Source: Vicugna vicugna
Lineage: Eukaryota
Assembly (NCBI GenBank): GCA_013265495.1
Contig: MU058451.1
Coordinates: forward strand, 124,001 to 188,000
Length of the DNA stretch: 64,000 nt
Direction: 5' to 3'
The notes below the pieces were generated by a model that ran no database searches, was not told the DNA's origin, and saw only the letters and a list, made by a program, of their open reading frames with translations. The stretch's first letter is position 1. Every line of letters starts with the position of its first letter. Of this stretch, positions 63,703-64,000 are shown piece by piece. Made by a program: the position numbers and the translations under genes.

Positions 63703-64000
63703 AGATACAATTCACATACCATATAATTAGCCCATTTAGAGTGTATGATTCAGTGGGTGTTAGTGTATCTGCAAAGCTGTACAATCATCACAGTGATCAA
63801 TTTTAGGACATTTTCATTCCTCCAAAAAAGAAACCCCATGACCATGAGGAGTCACTCCCCAGAACCCCCTCCAGAAACCCAACCCAGGGAAACCACTAAT
63901 CTACTTTCTTTCCCTCCAGATCTGCCTATTCTGGGTATTATGTACGGATGGTATCACACAATGTATCAAACCATTAATTTTAATAACACGTGAACTGTAT

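Noticed and set aside
1..64000. CRISPR arrays, rRNA genes or prokaryotic operon-like systems
   Set aside because: Sequence is mammalian, with spliceosomal introns and LINE/SINE content; no repeat-spacer arrays or rRNA motifs seen.

Overview
Mammalian genomic DNA, probably camelid judging by its tRNA-derived SINE family. It covers the PRDM14-NCOA2 interval. Minus strand: PRDM14 coding exons 2-6 plus a probable non-coding exon 1 and CpG-island promoter (about 1.8-12 kb; last exons lie left of the window), and the last nine NCOA2 exons (15-23 by human numbering) with a 3.8 kb 3' UTR (about 36.4-61.7 kb). All coding exons have canonical GT-AG sites and consistent phases. The main unexpected result is in the intergenic region: three exon-sized blocks on the + strand (27266-27424, 29286-29500, 30347-30474) encode a decayed, intron-containing paralogue of regucalcin (RGN/SMP-30 gluconolactonase). 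Their boundaries fall at RGN intron positions, and they carry frameshifts, damaged splice sites and lost metal ligands, which fits an old unprocessed pseudogene. A second result is a stop-free 207-nt in-frame extension of NCOA2 exon 19 that resembles the matching segment of NCOA1. The rest is SINE, L1, MaLR, DNA-transposon and microsatellite sequence. Homology calls are manual comparisons with protein sequences recalled from memory; no searches were run.
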